From Octopus bimaculoides (lineage: Eukaryota), in NCBI RefSeq assembly GCF_001194135.2, contig NC_068999.1:17446073-17507139 (forward strand): a DNA stretch of 61,067 nt. Direction: 5' to 3'. Of this stretch, positions 40,033 to 54,593 are shown one piece after another (position 1 is the first letter of the stretch; every line of letters starts with the position of its first letter). The notes under the pieces are model-generated. The model made no database searches. It worked only from the letters and a program-made list of their open reading frames with translations, and was not told the DNA's origin. The position numbers and the translations under genes are program-made.

Positions 40033-41693
40033 TATTAGATTCTTACACATACAGAACACAGAAAAATGGTTTCAACCGATATAAACACAGCATTGTTGAT
40101 TTTTCTGTCCTTTCTTTTTTTCGTTTCCTTTTAGAATATACCTTCTATTCATCAATCAGGCATCTACATTGACATATACACGCAATATTATTTATGTTAT
40201 GGAGAATGTTTTTGTTCGAACTTTCTTGTCAAAATATTTCTTTATATCCATTAATAAGAATCTGAGATTTCTTACCATATACAACGTCCTTTAGATATAA
40301 ATTTATATATGTAGAATCTAATGTAATTAACACTAAATTGATTTTCATATGATATATTACCGCGTATTTGTTATTGCTGTTGTTGATTTTGTCCATGTCT
40401 AGGTTAGCGTTCACTGAATAGACGTATGATCAAAAGCGTTCCAGTCGTGATAATTTTGTTCATGCTCCGAGCATATCACATGGTGGAATGCATTAGTGAA
40501 TGTATCCCGTCCTAATCAGCGCAGTTTTGAGCCACAGGAAGTTAATAAAATTGTTATATCTAACAATTTAAGCAAAAACTTGAAATCTTTTGTTTGTAAT
40601 TTGAACCACGTGTACATAGATTAAAAGTATATCAGCTATATTATACCCGAGATATAACATTTAAGTTTGTCACTCACAAGTGAAAGAAGAACGGTCTATT
40701 TGTCTCCTATATTTTTACACTATATATCAAGTGACATAAACACAATTCTACATGTATACTAGGACATTGTTACTTTTAAAAGTCGTGAAAATCTACACAA
40801 TGCAATTACTAACTATTTTCAGGCTTTGACTAATTATATTTTTATAGAGCAGCGACATGCGGTCCAGCATATCTTGTGCATATAAAACCATTGGTGTCCA
40901 TCGCTTGCAAAGCTTAGCTACTGCCTATTTCTTTTTAAACGTCATATATAGAAGAACCAGCTATAGCTCTAAATAAGCAAGTAATCTATTTATCCTCGAA
41001 AGGAATAAAGTAACATGTTTTCTCAGTTAGATTTGAACTCAAAAACACCGTGAGTGAATATCTGATGTTTTCTATCTGATGTTCTATTATCTCTTTCATT
41101 TTATAGTAATTATTTACCGAACACAATTATTTCATTAGTATCATAGTAATCAAAATTGCGATAGAATAAAGTGGAATCCATTATTCTTGTAGAAAAGCGT
41201 TCAAGAAGGCATGCACATCTCGTTATTTTTGGTATCAGAGAACTGCACTGACTAATTTACCCTCTTTTGAAAAGTGTAGATAAAGATCTGAAGGAGATTT
41301 GAATATTAATTATTGCAGGTTAAACGACTGTGCAGAGGCTCTTTTGTTACAATCAACGTACAGAAATGGCACCATAAAGCACATCATACAGAATGATTTT
41401 AATTCAAAAGAAACATAAAACAAAGCATTATGCATACCCAAGGAAAAGTGAGCTATTCTCGTTTGTGCAACGAAAGAAATGAATACACAAACACCAGAAA
41501 TATAATAATTATTATAAAAGTAACAATAGAACAAAATTTTACAAATATAATATTTTGATGGCATTAAAACTATTTAATCATGTTAAATCATAATTTAATT
41601 GGTTCTGGCGTTAATATTTGCTGCATAAAATGTCCGATATAAAATATTTAATTACAGATTTACAGCGAATGTATGCGCCACCTCATATTATGC

Positions 41694-41748
<55 letters not shown>

Positions 41749-42399
41749 AGAGAGGGAGAGTTAGATACATAGATATAGTAAGAAAAGTGCGAGAGAAATT
41801 GCATGTATATATTTCTATTACTCTTTCAATACAATCTTTATTGTTCTTTTTCCTTCTACACATACACCCACGTATGTGTATGTGTGTGTAAGTGTGAGAG
41901 CATGTGTGTAAGTGGATATGCACGCGCATGTATGTATATGTGTGTGTTGTGTGTGCAGGCAAACACAGGAATAGTGGAATGAAGAAACGTTGGCTGGAGG
42001 GTACGGAGAATCATCTTTTGAATTAAAATGACAATAAATAACAGTATTAGTGTTTGTAGATAAACGTTAGTGCATAAATACGATATGAGTAATTTTGATT
42101 TTATTATTAAATATGAAAGCTTTAAATCTAATAAATAATATCTAATAACAGTTAATCGCTTCCTATCTGTTAAACATATTTGAAAATTCAGATTCTTGAC
42201 AATATCCATTGGAGTTAAAATTATATAAAAGACTATATTAATCTTATAATTACCAAGCATTTTTACATAGGAGGGATTCCAGAAAAATCGATTTCAACTC
42301 TAGAGAAATATTGCAATAAAAAGCATGTCATTTGGAAGTAAATGAAAATCATAAATATTAAATTAGAATGAAAACATAGAGCAAGGATTGTTTATGTCC

Positions 42400-42570
42400 T
42401 TGTCTATCTGTCTATTTATCTGGCTGTATGTCTGTCTATCTATCTATCAGTCTGTCTGTCTGTCTGTTTCTCTGTCTATCTATCAGACTATCTGTCTGTC
42501 TGTCTATCTATCTATCTGCTTCTCTGTCTATCTATTTGTCTATTTCATTGTCTATCTATCTCTCTACATA
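42400..42570. repeat. (CTAT/CTGT)n microsatellite
   Basis: Direct reading of the sequence. Confidence 0.9.
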
Positions 42571-42849
42571 TATTTCTTTTCTGTGTACCTCTCTGCCCCT
42601 ACCTTAATATGTATAAATGAATCTATATTACTAGCCGTCTTGTGCATCATGATCTTGTCATTGCTGCTGTCATCTTGCTTTCAATGTATATGGATACGCC
42701 TATATAGGTGACTGAATATAACGATGTATCTACACGTGAAAACGTGAAATCACGTATCAGCTTGTTTATGTGAATTTATGCATACTTGTTCAAGTACGTC
42801 TAGATTCACGCATGAATTAATACAAATCGATATATATATATATATATAC

Positions 42850-42899
<50 letters not shown>

Positions 42900-43850
42900 T
42901 ATTATTAGGGACAAAATCCAAAATTACAGNNNNNNNNNNNNNNNNNNNNNNNNNNNNNNNNNNNNNNNNNNNNNNNNNNNNNNNNNNNNNNNNNNNNNNN
43001 NNNNNNNNNNNNNNNNNNNNNNNNNNNNNNNNNNNNNNNNNNNNNNNNNNNNNNNNNNNNNNNNNNNNNNNNNNNNNNNNNNNNNNNNNNNNNNNNNNNN
43101 NNNNNNNNNNNNNNNNNNNNNNNNNNNNNNNNNNNNNNNNNNNNNNNNNNNNNNNNNNNNNNNNNNNNNNNNNNNNNNNNNNNNNNNNNNNNNNNNNNNN
43201 NNNNNNNNNNNNNNNNNNNNNNNNNNNNNNNNNNNNNNNNNNNNNNNNNNNNNNNNNNNNNNNNNNNNNNNNNNNNNNNNNNNNNNNNNNNNNNNNNNNN
43301 NNNNNTATATATGAGCGATAGAGAAAGAAAGAGGAAGGAGAGAGAGGGGAGAGAGATAAACAGGTGAGAAAGAAAGACAGAGATGCAAACTTCTCAGGTT
43401 GTTGCATTTTCTACAATTCAAACTATTGAAAATATTACTTTTAGAAACACAATGCTAATTTTTTAAACGAAAGTAGATTAGAAAAAGAAGAATGGTCAAA
43501 ATTTCAACAGATCTGCAATTGACGTTGCATAAAACCACTAGAAACGTGTTAATTCTTTTATCTGTTCATTAGATACCGCAATGGATAAAAGAGGATAAAT
43601 GGTAAGACTGATGGTTGAAAGATAAATTTTCAAATTATGTGGAAACAAAACAGGTAGATTGTCGTATATAACACATGGATATATTAGTATTCTTATGTCA
43701 CATCAAGACTGCTTCAAGTTGTTCAAAAAACATCTGCAAATGATTTCTTTCAATACAGTCCAATTGTATAGTATTAATCCTCAAGTCCTCATACTCATAA
43801 ATAGACTCACCACACACACACACATATATATATATAGGTACATAAGCATT

Positions 43851-43911
<61 letters not shown>

Positions 43912-43983
43912 ATGCATTTATAATTTGAAATATATGTTTTATTGGAGAATGAGTGTAGTGTATATTAGTTAGAATTGACCTAC

Positions 43984-44050
43984 CTTTCCTTCAGCTCATT
44001 CGGAATGGTACAATCCAGTGCAAAGTCCAAAGAATTAAAGATACACTTAC
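43984..44050 (-). CDS. Candidate internal exon (67 nt) of an unidentified gene
   Basis: Acceptor TTTTTTTATTCTTTCTTGTAG and donor AAG|GTAGGT. Only one frame is open (phase 1 to 2): xKCIFNSLDFALDCTIPNELKE. No homology recognised. Confidence 0.4.
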
Positions 44051-44363
44051 CTACAAGAAAGAATAAAAAAATATGGTAAATATCAAACAATCTATACGAT
44101 GTTTGTACACAATTACTTGAAATGGCAAACACCCCTTCTCGTTATCGTTCACACTTTGTCCTTTTATACACGTACTTCAAAACATATTTATGCAAATACA
44201 AATATATACGCAAGTATATGTATATCTATATCAATTACTAACTGTCTTTCGCTTTCTTTCACTCTCTCTCTCCATATCTGTTTCTAACTCTTCCCATCTT
44301 TTACTTTAGATATATACATACATATACATACATACATACATACATACATACATACACACGAAC

Positions 44364-44404
<41 letters not shown>

Positions 44405-44894
44405 AGGTTAAAAGTTATATACTATCATTTTGACACGTCATTTTGTATTTCCCCAATTCCCTCTTCCTCTCTCTCTCTCTCTCTCTTCTCTCTCCCTCTA
44501 CTTCTCTAATATTTATACTTATCCAAGACAAACTTGCAGATATGGAGGTTCGAATGTTTGACCTTGGATGATGAGAGATATTTTGCCTTACAGAATAAGA
44601 TATTATATTATACAGACAACCAGAAATTTATTAGACAGCATCGACCATGGTATAATTGGAAATGAAAGGATAAAGACCCGTAAATAATTGTAATTCATTT
44701 TGTCTGAATTCCTCTTCTGTATATAATGTGCATTTTATTTCTGAGTCAACCCGTCTAAATCTGCATGTTTTTTTCCTCAGTTTTGGAGTAGACACATGTT
44801 TTCATTTTCACCAAAGATCGATCGTTTATTATACAAAATAGGGTCGACTCCAATATGATGAAACATAAAATTTCTTGTATGTATTTGTATAAAA

Positions 44895-45094
44895 TTTTTG
44901 CACAAGGCCAGTAATTTTGGGGGACGGTTGTAAGGCGATTACATCCAATGCTCAACTGGTACTTATTTTATTGACATCAATATGATGAAACGCAAAGTCA
45001 ACCGTGATGTAATTTGAAATCTGAATGTAAAGACAAACGAAATGCTGGTAAGCATTTTATTCCAGTCTACTAACGATTCTGCTTGATCGACGCC
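44895..45094 (-). mobile_element. tRNA-derived SINE, diverged, tail type 3
   Basis: The reverse complement shows GACTTTGCGTTTCATCATATTGATGTCAATAAAATAAGTACCAGTTGAGC and the tail CTGGCCTTGTGCAAAAAT. Confidence 0.8.
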
Positions 45095-45719
45095 TTGAAA
45101 TAGTTTGTAAATATGAAGTCCATACATGCATGATTTATATTGAAAACATTTTCCTCCTGTATCTTAGTAATATACGACAATAATTTAGTCTACATTGGTA
45201 TATAATTTCCAATAAACTACATGTTAAATGTATTCTAAAATGTTTGGAATTTCGTACTCCCTATATTTCAAGGAAGACAACTCATGTACTCCCAATTCAT
45301 GAAATTTAAACATTTAGCTATATTTGAAGTAATTATTCATCGTTATCAAAAACTTCTTTTATACTTTGTTGATCACCCCACCACAAAAATAAAATACAAA
45401 AAAAAAATAATAAAAAACAATATTTACTTGAATTCGGTATTATTTAAAGGAAATCTACGTACTTGCTATTTTCGGATTCCGAGTGACTAATATTAGACAT
45501 TTAATTTAATGTGAATCAACTGACATTAATATGCGTTTCCAAATTGAAAGGCAATCGGAGGTTGCATTACATGTTTAGAAGCATTTCACCTGTTGTTTTC
45601 CTGTTTTTATTTTCTAGACAATATACAAGATAAAAGCTGTACGAAATAAAATGGGAAGATGAAAGTTTTTTGGTTATGACATGATTCTTAATATCAGATA
45701 TAAAATGGTAAAAAGTTTA

Positions 45720-46140
45720 AAATAAACTGAACTGCAGCTGTGAATCAAAAGCTGCAATAACCACACTGGTATCAACATCACTATCCATATAATATTTGTA
45801 TACCACGGCCACCGTCTATAACATTTCACACAAGACTGGTCACCCAAAAACTGGCATAAGCGATATGATTGGAATTTCATCAATAATATCTATGCCCAAT
45901 CAAAATTGATGGCGATATAACTAAATATCCAAAGTAATGTCTTGGCTGTGTTTACTCATTGTTGCATGTAGCCAGAAAAAGGCTACAGTTTCCCACCTGC
46001 AATCGCGATATAATGTAATTTGCTGATCGTCAGACATTTAAGCTGGGCATGAACTGTATGAATTTCCCAAATTCAAGCTGGCCAGCCAATACCATATAAA
46101 TCGGTTTTGCATCTTGGTCAAGCTTGCACAAATAAATTGA
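45720..46140 (-). mobile_element. Possible degraded LINE APE-endonuclease region
   Basis: Ordered weak matches MVLAGQLE (compare ILxGDFN), TLDI (LDL) and FLGDQS (GxSDH). Many stops. Confidence 0.22.
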
Positions 46141-49100
46141 CTTTAGCTAGTATAATGTGATACATGAATGAATGTATTCCCTTATATCACGTTTGGGAAA
46201 TGCAAGTAGAAAAAAAAGTACAATACATTTTGACTAACAGCGAGGCCATTCAGTAGTCAGAAGATTTACAGAATACATTACCACAATTGCCATTCTAAGG
46301 CATTTAATAATGTGACACACATTATCTACAACGGGGAATTCAACAATTACCAAGAACATGATTTTACAGTATGAATATTGCCGTAAGAGTGAAATATTGA
46401 TTTTTTTGCTTAGGCAAACGCGTAATTGTAATAAAACGGAAACGTTATATTCATTGAATCAAATCCATTCCATTCCTGTTGATTCTCCTGAGTATGGCAC
46501 ACATAACCTTGAGTGGTAAAATAAATATAATGATGTATTTTCTCTTGTTTTGTTTTCTATTATGTGCCAGAACATTTACACAATGTCATAAATGTACATG
46601 AAATTAATTATAACACGGAAGACATTTTTCTACTTTATGTGATGATATAGAAAGTAAATTATTCTGCATTGTAAGAGTCAATGTAGGTATTGATGTTAAT
46701 GATTATAAATGATAAATTTAAAGCATACAAAAACGTGTGTAATTTATTGTTCGCAGAGAAATTGAAATGATTATATTGCGAAGTGTTAATCTATAAACAA
46801 ATATTTATTACACATAATCTGATGTCGTATTGATATGTAGCCTCCTACAGGGAAAGAAATTGCAACAGAAACTTGAATATTGACGACTACATTCCTTTAT
46901 CAATTCCTAAAAGTGACTGCCGAACGTGAAAATTAGTAGCGAAGACATAAAATACATCGTAATATATATATATATATATATACACACGTATTTACACATA
47001 AAAATATAGTTGCACAAACATATATTCATGTGCACAAACACACACACACACACACATATATATACATATATGTATATATGTGTGTGTGTGTATTTGTCTG
47101 TCCATATGTATGCATAAGTATGTGCGTATGTATGGGAAGGTGTGTTTGTGTGCACAAACAACTGTCTTAAACTAGTGTTTGGAAAATTTTAAATGAGTAG
47201 AACTTGACATAATTGCTAACATTTATATACTCAGTATTATTGTTGCCGTTATCTTTTGAGCGGCATTAGAGCTACGCGCATTAAAGAAAACATGTCCAAG
47301 GGCCTAGATTTTGAAACATCTTTGGCTGTCAATTTTGAATATATTTATTAACTACACCTAGTATTTCTACTCGTTCTTCCACAACCACCTTTCTTGAGGT
47401 AATACGGATGTCCAGAAGTATTGCACGAAATACTTACGATATATTAATTCCGCATAAATTTTAATGTAAATTTGATAAGGATAATGATTTATTTAATCTT
47501 AAGATTGTGTTCTGAGAGGAAGTCATAAACAGAAACCTTTTGGAATATATACATTTATATATACACGTATATCCGAGCATAGAATGACATAGGTTTGTTA
47601 ATTTAAATATATGTATTGTAAAATCATAAAGTATATAAAATTTACGTGAGTTTCATACGAAAATAATTATATCCCTTGGAGAAACTTATGTGGAGATTAA
47701 GCAGTATAATTCAAGCTACCTTCTTTGCTTTATCCTACTCTTGGGTTTATATTCTGGATATAATGCTAAAGGAAATAATAAGAAAAATATGTCTCAATTT
47801 TTAAGTGTAATATCTAAAATGTTTTCTGCATATTACGAAAAAATAACAATGCATTTTCAAATACAGCTTGTCAGTAAAATCATAACTTTAAACATATCGG
47901 TGATAACATATTTCTGCTAAAGTATTTCTACTTACCAATCAATAATGTCGATAGACTAAAATAGCTTTCTGGACTTCAATATATTAAATCGACAATTGCT
48001 ATAGTATCTAAGTTCTGCACACAAAATATCAGTGAAATTAAATACGTAATTCTCTTTTTCAAACACAAAATCAAGTTGTCTGCTGTTTGGTGTTTACCTG
48101 AAAATCTCATCGAGAGGGCTTCCATAAGAATTCAAAGAACTTAATGACACTATTACACAAAAATGGAATTCAAAATCTAATTTCAAATTTAACTGCTCTG
48201 TGTTAGTGACGTTTCAAAAAGTAAGCACTCTCATTCCTATNNNNNNNNNNTATATATATATATATATATATATGTGAGTGTGTGGGTATGAGGGTCATTG
48301 TGTGCGAGGGTGCGAGAAAGAGAGAGTATGTATGTAAATGCAAATATATTATATAAATACATAAAGAAACGGCCCGGTGAATTCATTGTCTGTGTATAAT
48401 AATTGGACATATGTGATGTTTTCATTACTGCTTTCTGAAATGTATTGCCAATTATATAAAAATTATTCACATTTGTCAAAACTAAGTCTTGATTTATTGC
48501 AATTATTTTAGTGTATAATATCATTACGAAATGAGACGAAACCCATTAATGCCAATATAAAATTAAGTAACAAAAGTAGGATATTTGTAAATGTATTACG
48601 GGAGGAAATATCAAATCAACTTTTATTAATTCTGGGAGACTATATTTCATTATGACCCACACAAAATTATAAGCTGAAATTATATGAGAATAAATTGATT
48701 AAAAAAAACTATCGTTTTAATGAAGGACTGCTATTTTGTGAAACAGTAAACATATTTTTGGAAGGAAATTTATAGCGGAAAAATTATTCTGGAATAAAGT
48801 TAAATTATATATTTCAGCAAAATATATTCTAAGTGTTTTCAAACTAATAAATTGAGAAGTAATTTATTATTCATTTCATATTTAAAGCATTATATATTTA
48901 AACTCTAAATATGATTTTAAATAAAAATAATGTACGAATGTCTCCTTCAGCTTAAAGTTATATAATACCCAAACTTGCAGACTGTACGTGCTGCGATTGT
49001 GCTGTTTAATAGAAATGCGTGCGTGACTGACACACTGGTAGCCGACAGACTGAATCAGTCTATCAATAAGTTCCATACTACTTGTTCGTATTCATTTTGA

Positions 49101-49248
49101 ACACGGTGCTCTATAATCCTGCTGTGATCTTTACGATCACTCTCAAATCTATGCAACGTTCCTGCAGACTTATTGCGCCTGCATAAAGGTCATCAAATCA
49201 ACTACCGTGACTCAGGATATTTTTCATTAAGTTGATTATTTGTTTTAG

Positions 49249-49297
49249 ATTGAACAGCTACTTTTCAGCTTAATGCGCACTCCAAGATCGGTCCGGT
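49249..49297 (+). CDS. Candidate exon A (49 nt) of a possible plus-strand gene 3' end
   Basis: Acceptor TTATTTGTTTTAG and donor GGT|GTAAGT. Only frame 0 is open: IEQLLFSLMRTPRSVR. Confidence 0.3.
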
Positions 49298-50913
49298 GTA
49301 AGTCCTGAGAACTTTCCGTGCAAATACACTCTAGAAAGTCATAGGGATATGTGTCATAATAACTTGAAGTCATACCTGAAAATAGTGATCAAATACGCCC
49401 TCTGTATCTTCAAACTAAATCATTTAAATATACTTTTACCTATATTTTCCCCGTGTAAATTTTATTGCAAATATAGTAAATAAGTGCATTCGAGATTGAG
49501 CAAGACTTATAGAATATAGTGGATTTTGCAGCTTTCCTAGATGATTTCAGAACATCTTTTAATGACTCGGGCAATGTATGATCGATTACAATCTTCATGA
49601 AATATAATCCATTGTGATTTATTCACGCAGGATGATTTATACCAAAAGCTGTCGTCAAATAATGATTCTCCGATTTGACACTCGACGTCCAACGTGAAAA
49701 CTACCTTCTATGTCCTACCTAGCACTCATGAAAATTTTATTTAGATGAAATTACTCTCGTGGATGTGTTTCATGTTTTTCAAGTGAATATGCAAAAATTT
49801 TCCACGTATATTACTGTATAAATCCATTTATCTTCTGTCATGATCCACCTTTAAAAAACTGTGCTTGGATTTTACGTTAACGGCACGATTTACAGCATTC
49901 AGACCTTTATTGACGACTTCCTGCCGAAAGAGCAGGAGAAATATATCTTCTGTTTGAAACTTGCACTTGTCTCTGCAAATGGTTATTACGCTCAGACTAA
50001 GTACAGTGGAATATTCTCATATGTCTTACCAGTATTACTTGCAATCGTTGCCTCTCATATTTCGTCGTCCAATGGCTCTGTGCTAACTTCATCATGAGAA
50101 TTAATATTGCGTCATCTAATTTCTTCAAACGACATCCTTCAATTTATTTCATTTATTGCAAATTAATCGAATGACTTAACATTTTTGCCAGCTTCGCTTG
50201 CATTACGATGTCGATAAAACTCAAAGCCTAATGCTACGTTTACGAATAACGTTTTTTTTATTTGGTTACGTGTCAGATTTTTCATATAGTAAATTGGTCT
50301 ACTAAAACATGGATAAATGCTATGTGAGTTGATCATGAATTAATTATGTGTCATTGAGCACTACCAAAAGTTATTGTCTTGTTTAAAACCTGTTTCATCA
50401 GATTCACACCCATACTTTGATAAAATACGCAATACTATCTGAGAATATTAATTTAGGAAACTTGATGCATGATAATGCAGTGAAAAATGTGTAAACGGAA
50501 ACCATAATATGCAATTTGATATCGAAAAGTGTTTATTGCTGAACTCTCAATATCGTTCAAAGATGTCAGCAATCGACAACGACGTGTTCATAAAATTCCT
50601 TCAATAAGAAGTACAAGATTATCAGAGATTCTTGAAATTCTCTCATATAAATTGGAGTTAGTGTTTAAAGGAGACTACAGGAATGCATTCATGTACATAC
50701 GGAGGGAATCGAACTTGTAATATGTCATTTTTAAGTATTTAGCGGCTGGCCTGGTTCATATGACGTTTCTTTTCACTATTCATGAATTATATAATATATA
50801 GACTTGAATGACATAATAGTTTTACCATATTGTAATCTTAAATTAGTGTGGCGTTGCTTTTCGTACGTAATAAATCAACATTTTTCTTATTTGCTAAGTC
50901 TGTTTCTTGACAG

Positions 50914-50946
50914 ATGAACGTCTACGCCGAGTTAGAACTATTTCAA
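50914..50946 (+). CDS. Candidate exon B (33 nt)
   Basis: Branch-like CTAAG, acceptor TCTGTTTCTTGACAG and donor CAA|GTATGT. Reads (Y)ERLRRVRTIS in phase 1 after exon A, or MNVYAELELFQ in phase 0. Confidence 0.35.
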
Positions 50947-51728
50947 GTATGTATATCATGTATTTCAACCTCTGATTGGTAATCTAACGTATGTTCACCA
51001 TATGTGTGAAATAGTTTTCATAAAACTGATTTAAATTTCATAGTGATTCTCTCATTAAAGACATTTAAGCGTTGTATATTATATATTACCATACGGAATC
51101 CTAGTTTAATTAGAACGCTTATTGATCTTTGTAAGTTTTGTATATAAAATTTAACGATATCTGAATAGTAATCAAACCACATTATATCAGCTTATGTTTG
51201 TTTGCATATCATAAGCATTAAAAGCATTCAAAGGAATTATTAAATACCAGCAGACTGATATTATTGCCTCATTAATTTTAGCAAACATGTTTTCATACTT
51301 AAATATGGTTACTGTATATTATTGATTGGTCTTTGCGAATTACTTCTTAAAATGTCCATGCAGCTTAACAACGTTTACTCTGGGCACGCTGTTTTACAAC
51401 AACCGTCTCAATATTTGAAAAACGTGTATATAAATTTTGAACAATTTTTAAAAAGATAATTGCCTTGTTCAGATGATTTAAGATGTACACATGTGTGTAG
51501 TTACCATATAAACTGAATTAATAAAGTTTTATGGTATTAACAGTAAGAAAATATTGTTATATTTATTGTCTTAAGTTGAGTTCAATTATCACAGTGAGCT
51601 CCTGCTTCTTTTAATATTAAGCGATCTTTTTTCGTGTATTTTAAGAAATGACCTAAAGTTATTTCTGTCTTGTTTTGCTCTTTAATTTCTTATTCCAAAT
51701 CTCAAGATGCTCAGCTTTATTTTCTCAG

Positions 51729-51818
51729 GTAATGAGGGGTGAAAGTCAAGGAATCATTAAAGAATTTGGGGCAATAGCGTCCGCTAATATTGCACGAAGT
51801 GTGTGGAATTATACCTAA
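51729..51818 (+). CDS. Candidate terminal exon C
   Basis: Acceptor CTTTATTTTCTCAG. Phase 1 gives SNEG* (stop at 51740-51742); phase 0 gives VMRGESQGIIKEFGAIASANIARSVWNYT* (stop at 51816-51818). No homology recognised. Confidence 0.28.
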   Translation, partial: VMRGESQGIIKEFGAIASANIARSVWNYT

Positions 51819-52370
51819 ACTAGAAGCATTTATGAATAAGGCAGTGACATATCAGCATCGTTTATATGTTGATCAGAATTTTTGCGGTAATTGTTCAAAC
51901 CTACTGCACTATGACTACAAATTGTGTATGGTCACCTCTGTATTGCATATATTCGAATTGGCTGTAACGAAAGTTGCAGTTTCTCTTCTCAAAATCTCGG
52001 TATCATAGACTTTCATAATAGTAAGGGTTAAATGTCCAGCACTTACCCGTAACTTAAACAATACAAATGACTCGGAATGAGACGGAATCTGTCGGAAAGG
52101 GAAATTTCCATGTTTAAATACATTATCTCCATCACGTATGAAAGTCATTGATATCAAGAATTACGCTCAGACTAAGTACAGTGGAATATTCTCATATGTC
52201 TTACCAGTATTACTTGCAATCGTTGCCTCTCATATTCTAGTCTTTCTTTCCGGATTTCATTCTAGTTTTCAGACATTTTAGTATATTTGCAAAGTCAATT
52301 CAAAGTAGAATTATCACGGGATCATTAACTTTATAAACGTCCAAATGCGATGAAGATATATATGTATATT

Positions 52371-52602
52371 GTTTTGCTTCAGTTATTTTGAGTATGGTCA
52401 AGCTGAAGCACCGCTTTAAATGATTTCTGGTCGAAGCAATCGACTCCATGACTTATTCTTTGTAAGCATAGTATTTATTCTATCATTCTCTTTTGCAAAA
52501 CTGCTAAGTTACGGGGACGTAAACACTACAACATAGATTGCCAAACAGTGATGGGAGGATAAACACAGACACAAAGGCACACTCACATACATATATACAT
52601 AC

Positions 52603-52645
<43 letters not shown>

Positions 52646-52714
52646 TATATATATANNNNNNNNNNNNNNNNNNNNNNNNNNNNNNNNNNNNNNNNNNNNN
52701 NNNNNNNNNNNNNN

Positions 52715-52763
<49 letters not shown>

Positions 52764-52955
52764 CACATATATATATATATATTATACACATATATATATA
52801 TATTATACACGACGGTCTAGTTTCAGTTTCCGTCAACCAAATCCAGTTAAAAAGCCGAAGCTATAGTAGAAGACACTTGCCCAATGTGCCACTCAATGGA
52901 GCTGAAGGTGGAACCATGTGGTTGGGAAGCAAAGCTTTTTTTACCCACCTCACAC
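52371..52955 (-). mobile_element. Full-length microsatellite-containing SINE (CORE-like) spanning gap 52656-52714
   Basis: The reverse complement has the head GCTTCCCAACCACATGGTTCC...GTGGCACATTGGGCAAGTGTCTTCTACTATAGC, an internal (TA)n tract, then GTTTACGTCCCCGTAACTTAGC...GCGGTGCTTCAGCTTG. Confidence 0.88.
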
Positions 52956-54509
52956 ACATTTATATTCATTTTTTGAGACTCCAGTAAGGATCCAGAATCC
53001 ATTAAGAAATAGTCCCGTTCATTCATCTGCTATGTAACTTTATGTATAATATACATTACACTGATACTGTGTGGGCTGGGATACCCGTTTGCAGGCCCTC
53101 GATATTAAAGTCGTAACACATAACTGACTGCAGTTTTCTGTACCTACTGTAATACTTGAGCATATGAAGTGACTGTCCGTCTTTATCAGTATTGTTCAAC
53201 TTAATGTAGTTACTTCTGATAAAATTCTAATTAGAATCGAAAATCGATAGAGATCATTCGACATATTTTTTTTGAGTCTATAGAGAAATATCTAAATTAG
53301 TCCTGCTTTTACATATCTACTACGCAGGTTACATATATACATACACACACATGTAGCTATATACATACATTCCTCACCTGCATTTATGAATCGGGTAGGC
53401 TTTCGGTAAATAAGAGATATAGACATTCATTTTACATTTCATAATTTCAATGGACTCACTTTATCAACACTGACAGGCACATGTTGATAATCTATGATTA
53501 TAATCTTGATATGTACTTCAGATGGCAACATATTAAGATAGGATATGCGGGAAATGTTGCTACTCTTTTAGCTTCCCGTTTATCTCGCTATGATTTGTTT
53601 ACTTATTACCTTAGGCACAATTGAGCTCATTCAGGTCTCGTATATTTCATTTGAAAAAAACTATTTTAGAAAATGACGAACACATTTTCTCTGTAAGACA
53701 AAAACTTTCTGAACATAGTTTCTAATATCTGATATGAGTGTATTTCAAAACATTTGTGCATAAAAGGCTAAAATATTAAATATTTCCACATCATATAACC
53801 TATGGTGTTCGGCTGTTTGTATCCCTATTTCCGCTTCAAGTCTATTTACATATCAGATTAATATGCATATTCCGAGATGCTTTCCAAGTAATATATGAGG
53901 ATTAGTTCAGGAAATGATGTATATATTTTTTTTGTTAGAATGCATATTATCGAAGATTCCAGAATATTTTTTCCTTCCGTGACATTAAATATACTGTATT
54001 CAGGAAACATTTTAATGCAATCTTCACCTAGTAAGAAAAATAAAATACGCCAGTTGTGCGTTGCACCTGAGAGAATTTAAGATGGAATGCTGAAATGTTA
54101 AATATAGATTAATATGAAATGAAGCAAAATATGTCAAGATGACACGTTATTTTTTATTTCTTTTTAATACGTTTGAAAGCAAAGTTGGGAGAGATTTATT
54201 TGTGATAAAGATTTATGCTTAATTCTAAAGTTTCTAAATGGATATTGACATATTTTTGTCGGGTAAGATTCCTGATTCAAGCTTCGCAATGCTTTCAGTT
54301 GAATATTCGTTCGTAAATCTAATATATATGAAGATGAGAGAAATAATGCTTTGTGAACAGGAAATAAAATATTACTGGATGCATGATTACTGACTGTTAC
54401 GATGATTCTCATGCATGTTATTACATACATTCATACATGCGTATATTCATATACAGGAACAGGAATACTAATATCCACACATATACCCATATGTATATAT
54501 CGATCTTTC

Positions 54510-54520
54510 TATCCATCCAT

Positions 54521-54593
<73 letters not shown>

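Noticed and set aside
48206-48236. Minus-strand GAGAG-loop-CTTTT-GAAACGTC hammerhead-like string
   Set aside because: The catalytic box is absent, the stem is weak and the context is cut by a gap.
51915-52157. ORF containing LTIMKVY, similar to the RTE endonuclease motif ITIIQVY
   Set aside because: One short motif only; the other endonuclease motifs are not seen.
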